Shown here piece after piece: positions 11,470 through 23,889 of a stretch of DNA of 64,000 nucleotides (position 1 is its first letter; each line of letters starts with the position of its first letter). The notes beneath the pieces are model-generated. The model saw only the letters and a program-made list of their open reading frames with translations, was not told the DNA's origin and did no database searches. The stretch is from Octopus sinensis (taxonomy: Eukaryota). The DNA is taken from assembly GCF_006345805.1 (NCBI RefSeq), contig NC_043000.1:73098001-73162000 (forward strand), in the 5' to 3' direction. The position numbers and the translations under genes are program-made.

Positions 11470-13700
11470 ATATTATGTGTTTTGTGCAATTTTTGCCTCT
11501 TTGGCCGCAGGTAAAGTGGCAAAGAATTCTTCTGGTTTGGTTACTTGCCTGTGTCCTTGAGGTGTAGTGAACACACTTTGGAACTGATTGTTCAGTATTT
11601 CACTTATCCTCATGGGATTTCCTGTGAGGGAGCCATCTTTTTGGAAGAGAGGTCCTATTCTCTGGTGCACTGTGGCTGTCTCTTTGGCAAACTTAAAGAA
11701 AGCTTTAGGGTTTGACTTTATATTTTCTATTACCCAAGCTTCTTTATTTGCACTCTCTTTTTCATGAGACTGATGCAGACTTTTCTCAATTTCCATTAGC
11801 CGAGACTTCTCACCACTTTTGGTGTGCTTGCTCAGGCGGTTCGCAATCCTTGTCCGTCATCTCATAAGAATCTTCCTTTCTCTGGGGATCCTGTTTTTGT
11901 TTTTGTGTGTGCTGGCCCTGCACACTGGGACATATTTGTCACATGGCTTGCATTATGGACATGAAGCGTTTGTGTGTCATGTCAATGTCTGGTGTGGAGA
12001 GACATTTAGGCCAATCCTGTTTGAGGATCTCTTTCTCGATCAACTAACAATTTGCTTTATGAAAGTTTAAGTTGGAGAGATTGTGGATGCTTCGTAAAGG
12101 CTGTGTGTCTGCGGGAGCTTTTGGTCCATACATAGGACAGCTCTATTATGTTGTGATCCGAGATCATTGTCGGCATCACTTTAACATTATGGATAATATC
12201 CATATTGTTTGTGAAGCAGAGATCCAGTATATTATCTGCCCTTGTTGGTTGCAGCACTATTTGCTCCATGAAAGAGGCATTTGTGAGATGGAGCAGGGAC
12301 TCTGCCTGTGCCTGCTGATGGTGTGTCATCCCTGGGAGCATTCTGCTCCCCAGGCCATTCCACATTGAGGAAGTTAAAGTCACCCATGAAGAATACACTG
12401 TTGTGTTGTTCCAGGTTGGTGAGAACTTCTATTTTTGTTAGGCAGTCTTCAAACATGTCTGTGTGATTTGGGGCATCTGGTGGGCGACAAGTAGTATATA
12501 TGACGATATTCAGTTGTCTTATGTGTACAATTTGAGTGTCACACACTGAGTTTGAATATGATAACAGGACCTGGGGCATGAGGTCATCTCGGATGTACAT
12601 TGCAACTCCACCATAGCTCCTCCCTTTTCTATCTGAGCGTATGACAGCATATTGCAGTATGTGTATTTCTGCATCTCCTATATTGGGTCCAAGATGCGTT
12701 TCTATGAGTGCCATGCATATAGCTTGATTGCATGCCACAAGGTCTCTCAGGAATGAGATTTTCCTTTTACAGTTGCCGCGCAGCAGCCCTCCTATGTTCA
12801 GTAGAAATATTTTTGTGGTGTGTGTGTTGGTGTCTATGGTGGCCATCTTGCATCTGTTGGTGGTGGCCTTATGTGGTGGTAGTTCCAGCTTTGTGTTTGT
12901 AGCCAGGTCAGCTGCTGGACAATTTTTTGTGCCATGCACAAAAAAGATTGCTGTTCAGCTGCTGCCCTTCTCACATCTGGGTGAAGCTGGCCATTTGTTG
13001 GGCTATGCAGTATCTTTTTTGAACCACACACTACATCCACATATCGTCTTTCAGGAGTAGTCAGTGCGCCATTTTACCTTCTTTGATATTTTTCTTTTTC
13101 TTTTTGTTCTCCCCGAGGGGGGGGGTTGTCTTGTGTCCATGCGGTTTTGGCAGGGCTTCTGATGTGCAAAATGACAGCAGTCTCCCTTCAGGTAGAATTT
13201 GCAGATGCTTCTGCTTTTGCCCTTGTAGCTTTTGCTGGGGTTCTTCTGTTTTTTTCTGAACAGTGTTTGTTTTAGTTTTCTTGTCTTTTACCTCTTGTTT
13301 TCCGTCGATTTTAGGGTGCTTTCCTTTTTTTGCGTTTTCAGTTGTGTTGGGGGATGGACATGTGCCATTGTTTCCCTTGGTTGCAGGTATCTCAGTTGTG
13401 TCTTTTGTTGGGTCCTGGATGCTTTCTCCATCCTTTTGGTCTTCCCTGGTGCAGTCACCTCCTAGGATGATGTCCAGAGTGTCCATGTGTTGCCTGATTA
13501 GAGAGCGTATGAACGGAGGAATTCTCGTTTCTTTCGCTCTATCTGGGCGGTGGTCCTGGATAAATCATTGCTCTTAAGCGCCGCTGTAATGATATTGTTT
13601 GGCGAGTCACCCTCGGCAATCTTCCAGGCGCGGACGAACAATTGCAACTCCCTCGCAGACCAGTTCCTTGACACCTTCGCCTGAGATACAGTGAGAATGA
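11470..13700 (-). mobile_element. 5' half of a CR1/L2-group LINE (ORF1 remnants, APE endonuclease, pre-RT linker), broken before RT
   Basis: 12232-12939 encodes LLNIGGL..ETHL..RSDRKGRSYGGVAMYI..RPP..MGDFN; PTRADNILDLCFTN..SDHNII; NIKSNPKAFFKFAK..IGPL..ILNNQFQSVFT. Upstream purine-rich tract at 13700-14030. Confidence 0.88.
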
Positions 13701-15459
13701 AATAGAGGAACAGAGAGAAGGAAAGATAAGATGGTTGACCTGAGGGGGAGAGGAGAGAAGAGAAGAAAAAAGCTGGTGGCAGATCAGCCGGGGGGGGGGG
13801 AATAGAGAGAGAGAGACAAGGGAATTGACCTGAGAGGAGAGAGAAAGAATGGCAGGTCAGCAAGGGGAGGGGAGCGGGATAGAGGTGTGGTAGAGAGAAA
13901 GAAGTAAAAGGACAGGGAGGAAAAGAGAGACAAGGGGATGGACCTTAGGGGGAGCAGGGAGAAGAAAGGTAGAGAGAAAAATGGAGAGGGAGAGAGAGGG
14001 GGGGATAGAGGTACAAGAGAGTGAATTAAATTGCAAGTCTTTGGATGCCACAATAGTAGTGTGGTCCATGAAGGCCTGTAGTGGTGACATTTGACATCCT
14101 CTGACAAGTTCCACTGGTTATTGCCTTAGTTACTGCGACTCTAAGCACCTACATTGCCAGAATAAAAAATATTGGTGACACTGTGCATCCCAATGCAATT
14201 ACCACCTCTAGTTAAGCCCAAATGGTTGTGTACATTTTGGTGCAGAAGCACATCTTAAATCCAGTGGAGTATGAACCCAAATGGTGGAGTGGTATAACCA
14301 TCCTTGAGAAGAGTTTAACATGAAACCTGCATTGTTCTCAGTGGAATATGCCACTTGGGATTCAAATATGTCTTCCTCAAGTGCTCTTCCACAATGTCCT
14401 GCTCTATTGAGAGTGCTCTTGATGATGGCTGATTGAAGAGACTCCTGGTATATTTGTAAAGCTTCTGGAAGGACTGATCTTATTCTCTCCTTCATTTCAG
14501 TCATTGTCTTTACTGAAAGCATTATATCTTTCTGAGGTCTTTCCAGATTTTTAACTGTCACTCTGTCTCTTCAGAATTAGGTGCCTTTTTAAGTTTCTTT
14601 TCTTATTCTTTAAGTACTCCATTTGTCTTTACCATTTGTTCTTAGCTGGTAACTTTATGTTTTCCCTTTTACACTACATTGTTCCTTGCAGATCTTATAT
14701 ATGCCCTCTCTATAAACTACCAGGTGCTTATTGTACAACATTTTACCCAGTTCCTTGTTACTGTGTTTGGAAAATTGCACCATCAAGCCTACTCCAAGCT
14801 CCTTCATTGCTCACTGGTGCTCTTGATCACCACTGCAAGAGTGAATTTTTATATCTCTTTAATATTTATTGTGTTTTTAACACATGTCCACAAGAGATGT
14901 TATCTCAGGACAAACACTGCAGCAATTGGTCTATCGACAGTGTACATACATTAAATATAATACATAGATGGTTTTATGTGTCATAAATTAAATCAACAAT
15001 AGTGCGATTGAAGTCCTTATTCAATTTACAATTGAAAGAAGGTTCAAAATAAAATCATCTGAATATTGTGTTGTGTGCAATTGGTTTTTACTTCTAAACA
15101 TTAAGCAACACACTTCCAAAACCTAAACTGTTCAAACATTTATTAATTAATTGAAAATCATTAAGTTAATGTTTAACAAAATTAAATATTCAATAAGAAA
15201 ATGAAAAGATTAGAAGTTAATTTTTTTTATTAAAAACGTGTCAAAAATATAATATCCCACAGCGATACCAATTTTTGTTTTATATTAGTTTGACTCAAAC
15301 TTGATGCAATATACAGAGCAACAACTAGGAAACAACAAACACTTGTCAGTCTCAGAAAGCAGTCTTGCAAAGTATAGGAGTAGGGGCACAATAAGTAAGA
15401 TTTATTGCATTTTTGACTTTGAAAAAAGATGTTTTTTCATAAAAACTATGTCAGTTAAG

Positions 15460-16290
15460 CAAATGAGCTCTAAATGCATGAAATTTTTGAAAATTCATGA
15501 TTTTTTCCACCCTTCCCCCTCCAGACTAATTTTTTTTTCTGGCCAATTTCTCTTTGCATTACACACTTAAAAACGATGGGAGAAGCCTTTTTGGTAGATA
15601 AAAAATTTTTTAAAACATTTTCAGAAGAAAAACTGATTTAAGGGAGATTTAGCTGTCTTGAACATGTATTGATGTTTTTCAAACTTTCCTCACCATAAAC
15701 ACATTTTATGGAATGGTGGTCCATTGCTGGGATTTAAGCAACAAAAAGAAAAGTTGTAATTTAAATTTCTATCCTCTTCCCCCACACTAAGCGAGTCCGT
15801 GTAAGAAAAAGACATTTACTAACAGAAGAGTATGCTATTAAAATACATTATCTTTTTAAAATCACTATGGACAAATCCCATCAGACCTTAGGTCCCTACC
15901 AATATTTTTAAAATTATAAACTGAAACAAACGGGAGGGGACTGAAAAAAATCATAAATTTTCAAATTCTTTTTGTTTTTAATGATATACTTTTCTGTTAG
16001 TAAATGTTTTTTCTTACACACAAACACACAGACTCGCTTGATATTGAAGGGTGGGGAAGAAACAAAGTATCGGGTAGGTGGTAGGATGAGCTAAAAACAA
16101 CTGAATAAATCTCCCTTAACATACTTTTTATTCTGAGAATATTTTCAAAAATTCTTTTTCACCAAAAAGGCTTTCCCATCGTTTTTAAGTGCTTAGTGAA
16201 AAAATTTTACCAAAACCAGTAAGGGTGAGGATGGAAGGGGAGGTGGGTGAAATTTTTTTTTAATTTTCAAAATTCTTTTTCATAAAAAGC
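15460..16290. mobile_element. Diverged foldback/long-TIR non-autonomous element
   Basis: cacttaaaaacgatggga.aagcc is inverted between ~15560 and ~16180; ttactaacagaa.agtat is inverted between ~15815 and ~15990. Confidence 0.55.
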
Positions 16291-16949
16291 TCCCCTACCC
16301 CATTATTTCGAGGCGGTGGTGGAAAAAAACCCAGAAAGAATCCCGTCAAAGCGGAGAAAGTCCAACCTACGTGGGCGTCCTGATCCCAAACTGCGCCAAA
16401 ATTTAAATTATGTAGGTCAAATGGCACATATGAAATTAACGAAACTCGACTAAATCTAGAAAGTAAACAGAATATTTTCACGGTCTGCTGAAGTGGTTCT
16501 CTACATAATATATTTACGCACCATTCAGTAAAAGAAGAAAAAAATCATTGAAATGAGTCATTACTCATTTTGTCCCAGTTTAGACCTTTTTGTTTTGGAA
16601 ATTATCAAATTAGTGTGGGGAAAAAATTGACTTAGAATCCAACAAAGAGAATATTGCTTGTTAAACACTAAAAATTATCCGGATATTTTATTAGCAACCT
16701 CAATTACAATCGGGTCTAAGTTGAGGAAAAATTTTTTGAAAAAGGTATGTCACCTGACTATATTTCAAACTCTCTCAACTTCAACAACTATGCCGACCAA
16801 TTTTTACTCCCAAGTATGACGCGACAGTACAAAATGATGATGTAATACTTGCAATGTCATAGTTTTAAACAGATAAGTAAAGAGGCATTAAAAGAAATTA
16901 GAAGTTACTCGTTTTGCCCCCCTACTGAATAATAGTATTTATCCACCCA

Positions 16950-17300
16950 AATATATACAGATCGAAGGCATGGGACGATATACCGCGAAATGTTTTAGGA
17001 AAGCTCATGAGAGAAATCGCGATCACACGAAAAGGTAAAGTAGTCTAAGCAATTATAACGAAACCATCACCGGCTTGGAGAAGTCCAAAGAACGCACAAA
17101 ATTGAGTGTCAAAAGAAATATTCTCGCAGTCATGTAGTAATACAAGAAATCAGGGTGGACTCCGACCAATATGCAAAGATGTAGCTAGACATAACATGCG
17201 AAGATTTGATATACATACACGCAGCTGGAACACAGCAGCTAAAGAGCTGGAACAGCTAGAAACTGATAAACTTACCCTACAACTCGGGATGATGAACTAC
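16950..17300 (+). mobile_element. Decayed RTE-like LINE C-terminal fragment
   Basis: QGGLRPICKDVARHNMRRFDIHTRSWNTAAK resembles the RTE motif G.P..R.KD...RD......W...A. Confidence 0.5.
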
Positions 17301-17413
17301 TTAAAATGATAGCAATAACAAATAATGCAAATATCATTGTCAGTGTATCCAGCTGTTATACACAAAAAGAAAGAAAAACATTCGTTGTGATTTTTTTTTT
17401 TTTTGTTACTTGC

Positions 17414-17565
17414 CTATTAAATGTTTCCAAAGTATATGCGATCAACGGTTTCCCCATAATGGGCCAAAATTGCTTTGGAGTAGGCACTCCCGTCCGTGAA
17501 CCATAACCTCCAGCCGGCAAAACAACGCACACATTGAAATCCACTGGACTTTCGTCACCCGACAT
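17414..17565 (-). CDS. CRPPA: First coding exon of D-ribitol-5-phosphate cytidylyltransferase (CRPPA/ISPD)
   Basis: [50 protein letters not shown](R) matches the IspD-family N-terminal motif (human [35 protein letters not shown]). Similarity ends at AG|GCAAGT (phase 2). Exon 2 was not found in the window. Confidence 0.9.
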
Positions 17566-17604
17566 TGGAAACGTGTTGTTTGTTGATGATTTGTGACAAA
17601 GATG

Positions 17605-17650
17605 GGGATTGGCTGCTATTTTCGTTCGAAGAAAATCGACCAATCACTGA
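17605..17650. promoter_or_regulatory. Two oppositely oriented CCAAT boxes just upstream of the CRPPA ATG
   Basis: ATTGG at 17608-17612 and CCAAT at 17640-17644, in a locally CpG-retaining region. Confidence 0.45.
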
Positions 17651-18023
17651 CAGCAACATAGATTGCTGTAGAAACAGATTTGATAACACAAATATTGTAA
17701 TTATCAGAGCAATGATACAATACAGAATAAAATATCAGAAATGGAAAGAAAAATAGTTAGGTAATTTTATAACAGGCTATTTTCACAAGTAAATAATTGT
17801 AAATATTACACGTTTCCTATGTTTGAAATACCTAAATTGTAAGTTAAATACAAAAAAATGGTCTGTGTACAGAATGTTAATCTTAAATTCGTTGGGTCTT
17901 TTTGTTTATTCTTTTTCATGTAAAGTTGCGTTAAGCCGCCTGCAAAATTTTGAGAAGCAAAAAACTGAAATCGGAGAATAAAACAATTTTAAGGAAAAAT
18001 ATACAAAAAAAATATTCATCGAA

Positions 18024-18370
18024 TCATCATCGTCGTTTAACGTCCGCTTTCCATGCTAGCATGGGTTGGAGAGTTCGACCGGGGTCTGGGAAGCCAGGAG
18101 GTTGCACCAGGCTCCAGTCTGATCTGGCAGTGTTTCTACAGCTGGATGCCCTTCCTTACGCTAACCACTCCATGAGTGTAGTGGGTGCTTTTTACGTGTC
18201 ACCAGCACGGGCGCCAGTGAAGGCGGCGCTGGCATCGGCCACGTTCGGATGGTGCTTTTTAGGTGCCACAGGCACGGGTATCACAACTACAATTTCCATT
18301 TGATTTTTATTTTGATGTTGATGTACTTGACTCAGTAGGTCTCCTCAAGCACAACAGGTTACCCTACGAT
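18024..18370 (-). mobile_element. RTE 3' UTR copy
   Basis: catcatcgtcgtttaacgtccgctttccatgctagcatggg start, as in the other copies. Confidence 0.85.
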
Positions 18371-19559
18371 CCAAGGTTAGCACATGTACAGATTTTTTTT
18401 ATGACTTGATGTGATATGTACTGGAAAACTAACACTTCTTTTTTCTGAGCTGGGAATGCCACTTGCAAAACAGACGCGAATGAAATTTCTTTGTCCTGTC
18501 AAAAGATGATGGCTGGATTTCCCTTCGACCTCCAGCCTGAGCTGTGTCATTTAAAGTTCAAATGGACATGAGGCGACCTACATAGGTAGAAATTACTCCT
18601 GTGGTATGTCTGTCCTTCTAGCTGAGATAACCATGATAAATACAGTCAGATACACAACAGATGAGCAGACAGCCAGTAAGGAGCAAACCTTTGACAGACA
18701 GCAGTTAACTTGCACTAGTCAAGCAGCAAACACAGAACCACATATTCAGCAAGAGCGACCTAATACAGTAGCAGTCACAGAACATAAACAGACACTACCG
18801 AATGACCAATGCACACACAGACACAAAACATGCCTCATCACACTGACACAGTGTTTCTCCTGTTGCCTGTTTTTACTTCGCCAACTAGAAGCAAGTTGGT
18901 AATGTCATGTAGCGGATTTCCTTGTGTCTACAACACATAAATGCAAGTGTTGATTAAATAAATTATTTAACCACAATCTGATGCTTTCCTATTGTTTTAC
19001 TTTGATGTCATCCACATGCCTATTTAATCTGCTACCTCAACAACATTTTTTGCTACACATCCCACTACACATTTATTGACAACTGAATGAAATATGAACT
19101 GGAATCTTTTTTAATCTTTTTCCCCCCATTTATTTACTATATACTTTTGTAAAGTGTGCACTTTTTAGATTAATGAACTGTACATTGATCATGCAATTTA
19201 TAATACATAAATTCAAATAATACAATTCTCCAAATATATTTTTATGAAAATCAACCAATAGTAAACAGATACTTCAGCACATTTACAATATCAGTAAAAT
19301 CCTCTGTGATTCTTAGCTGAGAAAATTGTTGTAATTATGTCACTCATCCATTATTTACGGCGGTCCTATACTTCCAGTCTTCATTCACTTCTGATTCACT
19401 TCCTTTAACTGTATTTAAATTTCATAACTAAAGTCGGCTTGTTCTTATGATTGAATAAAACCTTTAATTGTGGCATCTTCAGCGTCTGCATGTAACATAA
19501 TTTTGTTCTGACATAAGAATAGTAATGGATCCAAAAATCTTCCAAAAAACACTTGTTGG

Positions 19560-20820
19560 TGAGTTGTCTGAAAAAGATTACAATTATTAGCAGAAAATGT
19601 TACGTGTACATGAAGCAAGCAAAATACTCACCGAACTGCTTTTTCCCTTCAGTGCTGTCAATGAGTGTACCTTATTCCAGGAAGTCCTCAATCTCCTTAT
19701 CAAAAACACATTTTCTATTATGGCTTGATACAGATTACGTAACCAAACTCAAGCAGAAGACCAGTTGATAGACCTGAAAAATATTGCAAGGAAGTGTCTA
19801 AGTGCAGAATATCATGACTTATTAATTTGCGATGCTTGCATCTCAGGAATAAGTTCATCGACCATTCATCAATAGTTACTTGAGTCTACCGAAGACGACC
19901 TAGAATTATTGGTAAAACTTGCTTTAACAATGGAATTGGCCAACAAGGATGCAAGGAACTTGTCAATGATGAATCCTTCATGCCCTCCAGTTCTGGTAGC
20001 TTCAGAATGATCCTTCTACTGGTCTAGTGGACCTATTCATTCAAACTCTACCTGTAATAACTGCCACCAAAAAGGACACTGGGCAATAAGTTAAATGATC
20101 ACACACTCTACTGGATGCTGAATCAGATAGGGTCTTTATTTGTCTAGATCTGGCCATAGCGTTTGGGCTTTTTCCAACAATGTCAAAAAATGCCATCCTT
20201 TTAGCCAATGAAAAGCATTTAAGATTGTGTTTAGTCACACTAGAGTGGGATGGATGGTATAACAAAGCAGTGCTTAAGGAATTAAGTTGCCAACATTATA
20301 TGTCCAAATTAATATCGATCGCTACGAAATCGTGAAGAAATCACTGTCATAGAGTTCATCGAAGGTTAAATGAAAAGAATGTTGAAAATGGGATTATTCA
20401 GGAAACTAGAAGTGCGTGGAGCACACAGTCATTCATCATGTCAAGAATTAAGACTAATAGTTGACTATTCCAACACCATAAATTGCTTTAGTCCTATTGA
20501 CGCTTATCCTGCAGCTAACTCGAAAGAATCACGTACAATTATTACTTCTCTACTGTCAACTTGAAGGAAGGCTATCATCAAATTCCATGACAGTTTTTGA
20601 AGCCTATAGCAAACTGTTCAAATTTACTTGCCTACCATTTGTGTGTACCAATGCTGTCACCATCTTTCAATGCATTATAGATTCATTCATTCAGGATAAT
20701 TCTCTTCAAAAGACCTATTGTTACATTGATGACATCATTATCAGAGGTGACACAAAGAAAGAACATGACTGTAATTTAGTCAAGTTCCAGCAGGCAGCTG
20801 TATATGCAACAGTAAAATTT
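19560..20820 (+). mobile_element. Decayed Ty3/Gypsy remnant (gag and RT)
   Basis: DACISGISSSTIHQ.LLES (gag-like), LRLIVDYSNTINCFSPIDAYP and TYCYIDDIIIRGDTKKEHDCNL (RT). Confidence 0.75.
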
Positions 20821-22349
20821 CAAATATTATTCCCATGAATTTGGATAATTTCATTCTCCAGTGGAGGAGAATCTGACATTTCAAGACTGACCGTTTGTAT
20901 GAGAAGAAAGTGTTTTTCCAACAAATCACTCTCCTCTTTGGTGAATGGTTGGTTCACACCTTAAAGCTACATCAGTATATCTTAAAGCATAAGCACAATG
21001 GGTAGTTGGCTGATGCCTACAATGAAGTTTTAAAAGAGTAAGGTAAAAGGACAGGTAAAATGAATTTTTTACAATTTCTGTCATAGTACATGAAGGAAAT
21101 TTCTTCATTGCTGGTTACATAGAACAGACACAACACTTGGATTACAGAAGCCACACACATAATAATACTCAGACTGAGCCTCAACAGAAAACATGAATGG
21201 AATAACACTCATGTATTCATCTGCACTATGCAACCTGATGACTAAAGACAGAATGAGAGAAGAAAAAAACCACTTACAAACAGTATAATACATAAATCTA
21301 TACACACGCACAAGACACATATATACATACTAAAGATAGAATATGAAAAAAATATTAATAAGCAAATAAATGAATAAAAAATAACTAAATAAAAGATGCA
21401 GGTGCAAACAGTGTAGTAAACAAGCCCACATGCATGCACACAAAACACATAGACATGCACACATACACAAACACAGATACATATACAAATGCATGTGCAG
21501 ATAAGGATACATACCACGGAAAGACAGAATGGACTAAACAGAACATAGGAGGTGTAATGAAAGATTTCAGATAAAGGACACTAAATAAGAATAAGAATAA
21601 AACTGAAGCGAAGACCAATTATATACTGAGTGTGTTTAGTTGGCAAAAATACAACCATACCCAAATATAACAAGAACTGTTGCAACACAATTTCACATCA
21701 TGAATCTTGCAAAACAAATACATAAACGTATTTTTGAAGCCTATAACAAACTGGTTGTGGCCAGTCACGGAGTTACCATTAGTTTTGCACCATTAATGCT
21801 CTTAGCAACATAGTGCGAGTCATCAGACTCACTGGCCAGAGGCACAGAACCTCTCTACTACTGGAGGTAAGAATACACTCTTGGTCAGTTAGTGTTGTGA
21901 GAAAACCTCCAAAATGAAATTCTACTGAGCGACATCCTTTCTGGATGGCATGGAGTTATCTCCCTTCAACCAGCTCCAGTTGTGTCCAAAAGGGTCATAT
22001 ATGCTTTTTTTCAGTTCACTAGTCAGCGAGCTGGGAACCCCACGTTTCCAACACAAATTTCCTCTGATGTCGAAAAGCGATTTTGTTTTAGTAAATTACA
22101 GAAAACATAATTTTTTATTTACCCTTCTGTGTGAATACATATATAAAGACAGACGGAATACTGCTAAGCATTTCACCTGGCATGAATAACGTTTCTGCCA
22201 GCTCACCACCTTATGAGGAAAAATATCGAAAAACATCAATATATGTGAGAGTAATAAAGAAATGATTTTGTTAAAAAGTATCCATTTTGTTTTAATAAAT
22301 TACAGAAAATATGAGTGTGCATAATTTTTTATTTACCCTTCTGTGTGAA

Positions 22350-23889
22350 TCTCTATATATATAAAACTGAGAATGTGTGTCTGTCTGTCAGTTTCCCTAA
22401 AACTTGAGAACTACACAACCAATTTCATTCAAATTTTACACATGCCTTACTTAGGGTCCGGGGAGTGTCATCGGCAAAAAAAATATTCAACTTCTTGCCT
22501 AGGGCGAGCCCATAGCAATATCATATCTTCTCCACTATTTCAGTATTACGTGTTAAAAGTGAAACAGAAACATTTCTCAATTTTATGAGATAATAATAAC
22601 AATTGAATTATATGTAGTAAGTAGTAATTAAAATCAAACTAAAGTATAATATAATAATTAAATCATAACATAACAAAAGTAAAAATAGCAATTGGTATAA
22701 AATTGCATCAATGACTTGAACTTAAATAAGTGGTTTCACATGAATGGGAATAAATTAAAAATAAAATAAGTGTACAGAAATGGAATAGTCCAGATGGAGC
22801 TGTGCACATACCTTTTACCACAGCTTTTACATTAGATTATCTGCTAATTAGCTAGCATTAAGTATCTATATGAAGTTTGGCTGTATGTAATGTCTGTTTT
22901 CTAGAACAGCCGCTTCTACTGAGTACTGCTGTTGGTTTATTTCTTATACATAAAGGACTATAGCTTCAACTGCGTACTGCTTTTTGATTCACCATAAGGT
23001 TTGTTGTTATTATTATAACTGTTTAACTATTGTTATCACGTTTGTTGGTTCCTCGAAAGGGAAACGTTGTTGTGTTGCATTTGTTAAATAATTGTAAACC
23101 GTAACCCTCCCACTTTGGGAGAAAGAGCTTTGGTTATTGTTTAAAAATTGAATTGTGTCCGTGTTTGGGGACACAATTCAATTTTGACAATATTTTCACC
23201 GTCTATACGGAAGCATTTTCGTTAAAATGCCTTCAATAGAAGAAAGTCCAAAAATGAATTTCGTTTCAGCCGTCGGTGGGCACGAACTCATTACAACTCA
23301 TTAAAATGGAAGAAATACCAACCTATTTCGGATTGATCACCGACAAAGACGGTGAATCTAGGATAACACCACCAAACGAAATAAAAAATTAAATTAAAGA
23401 AAAGACTATTGTCTATAAAGTATACAATGTAGAGAAAAAAAAAGATTTGAATGCCTGGAGGAAAGCACCATTGAAAAGTGTCTTGGTGTGACTATGAAAG
23501 ATATCGAATATCTAACCAGAGGCGGTAAGCAAGGTTCAAATCAACAGAGCGTGCAAGGGAGTACTTGACTCGAACCTTGCAAAGTGGAAATATTTAATTT
23601 TTACCTTTATATCTGGGACGTAGGACATCCTGGATAAAAATTTAAAATGTCCCCCCAGAAGTAGAGGTAGGCTGGATTGTAGTCACACTTCTATACAAGA
23701 GGGAGGACAAGATACAATTGATTGAAATTGCAAGAGACGGGCCTACAATTCCAGTCTGTTATATATTTTGAGTATTGTTATCACTAGTGATATCAACATA
23801 TAACTTTGTATTTTGTATTTTATGTGTAGATGTACACATATATACAAGCACTAGCACTATGACCCGGCAATGCCGGGTCATAATGCTAG
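22350..23889 (+). mobile_element. Non-autonomous Helitron with both ends intact
   Basis: 5' A|TCtctatatatataaaactgagaatgtgtgtctgtctg; 3' perfect 11-bp hairpin tatgacccggc-aat-gccgggtcata (23858-23882) followed by CTAG|T. Inserted between A and T with no TSD. Confidence 0.88.

Noticed and set aside
14208-14561. 117-aa ORF as a host exon
   Set aside because: No recognisable motif or credible splice sites; flanking frames are stop-ridden, so it is probably decayed TE sequence.
16999-17036. Plus-strand 36-nt micro-exon (ttttag|...aaag|gtaaag)
   Set aside because: It lies within a decayed RTE-like fragment and is antisense to CRPPA intron 1; most likely a chance splice-like signal.
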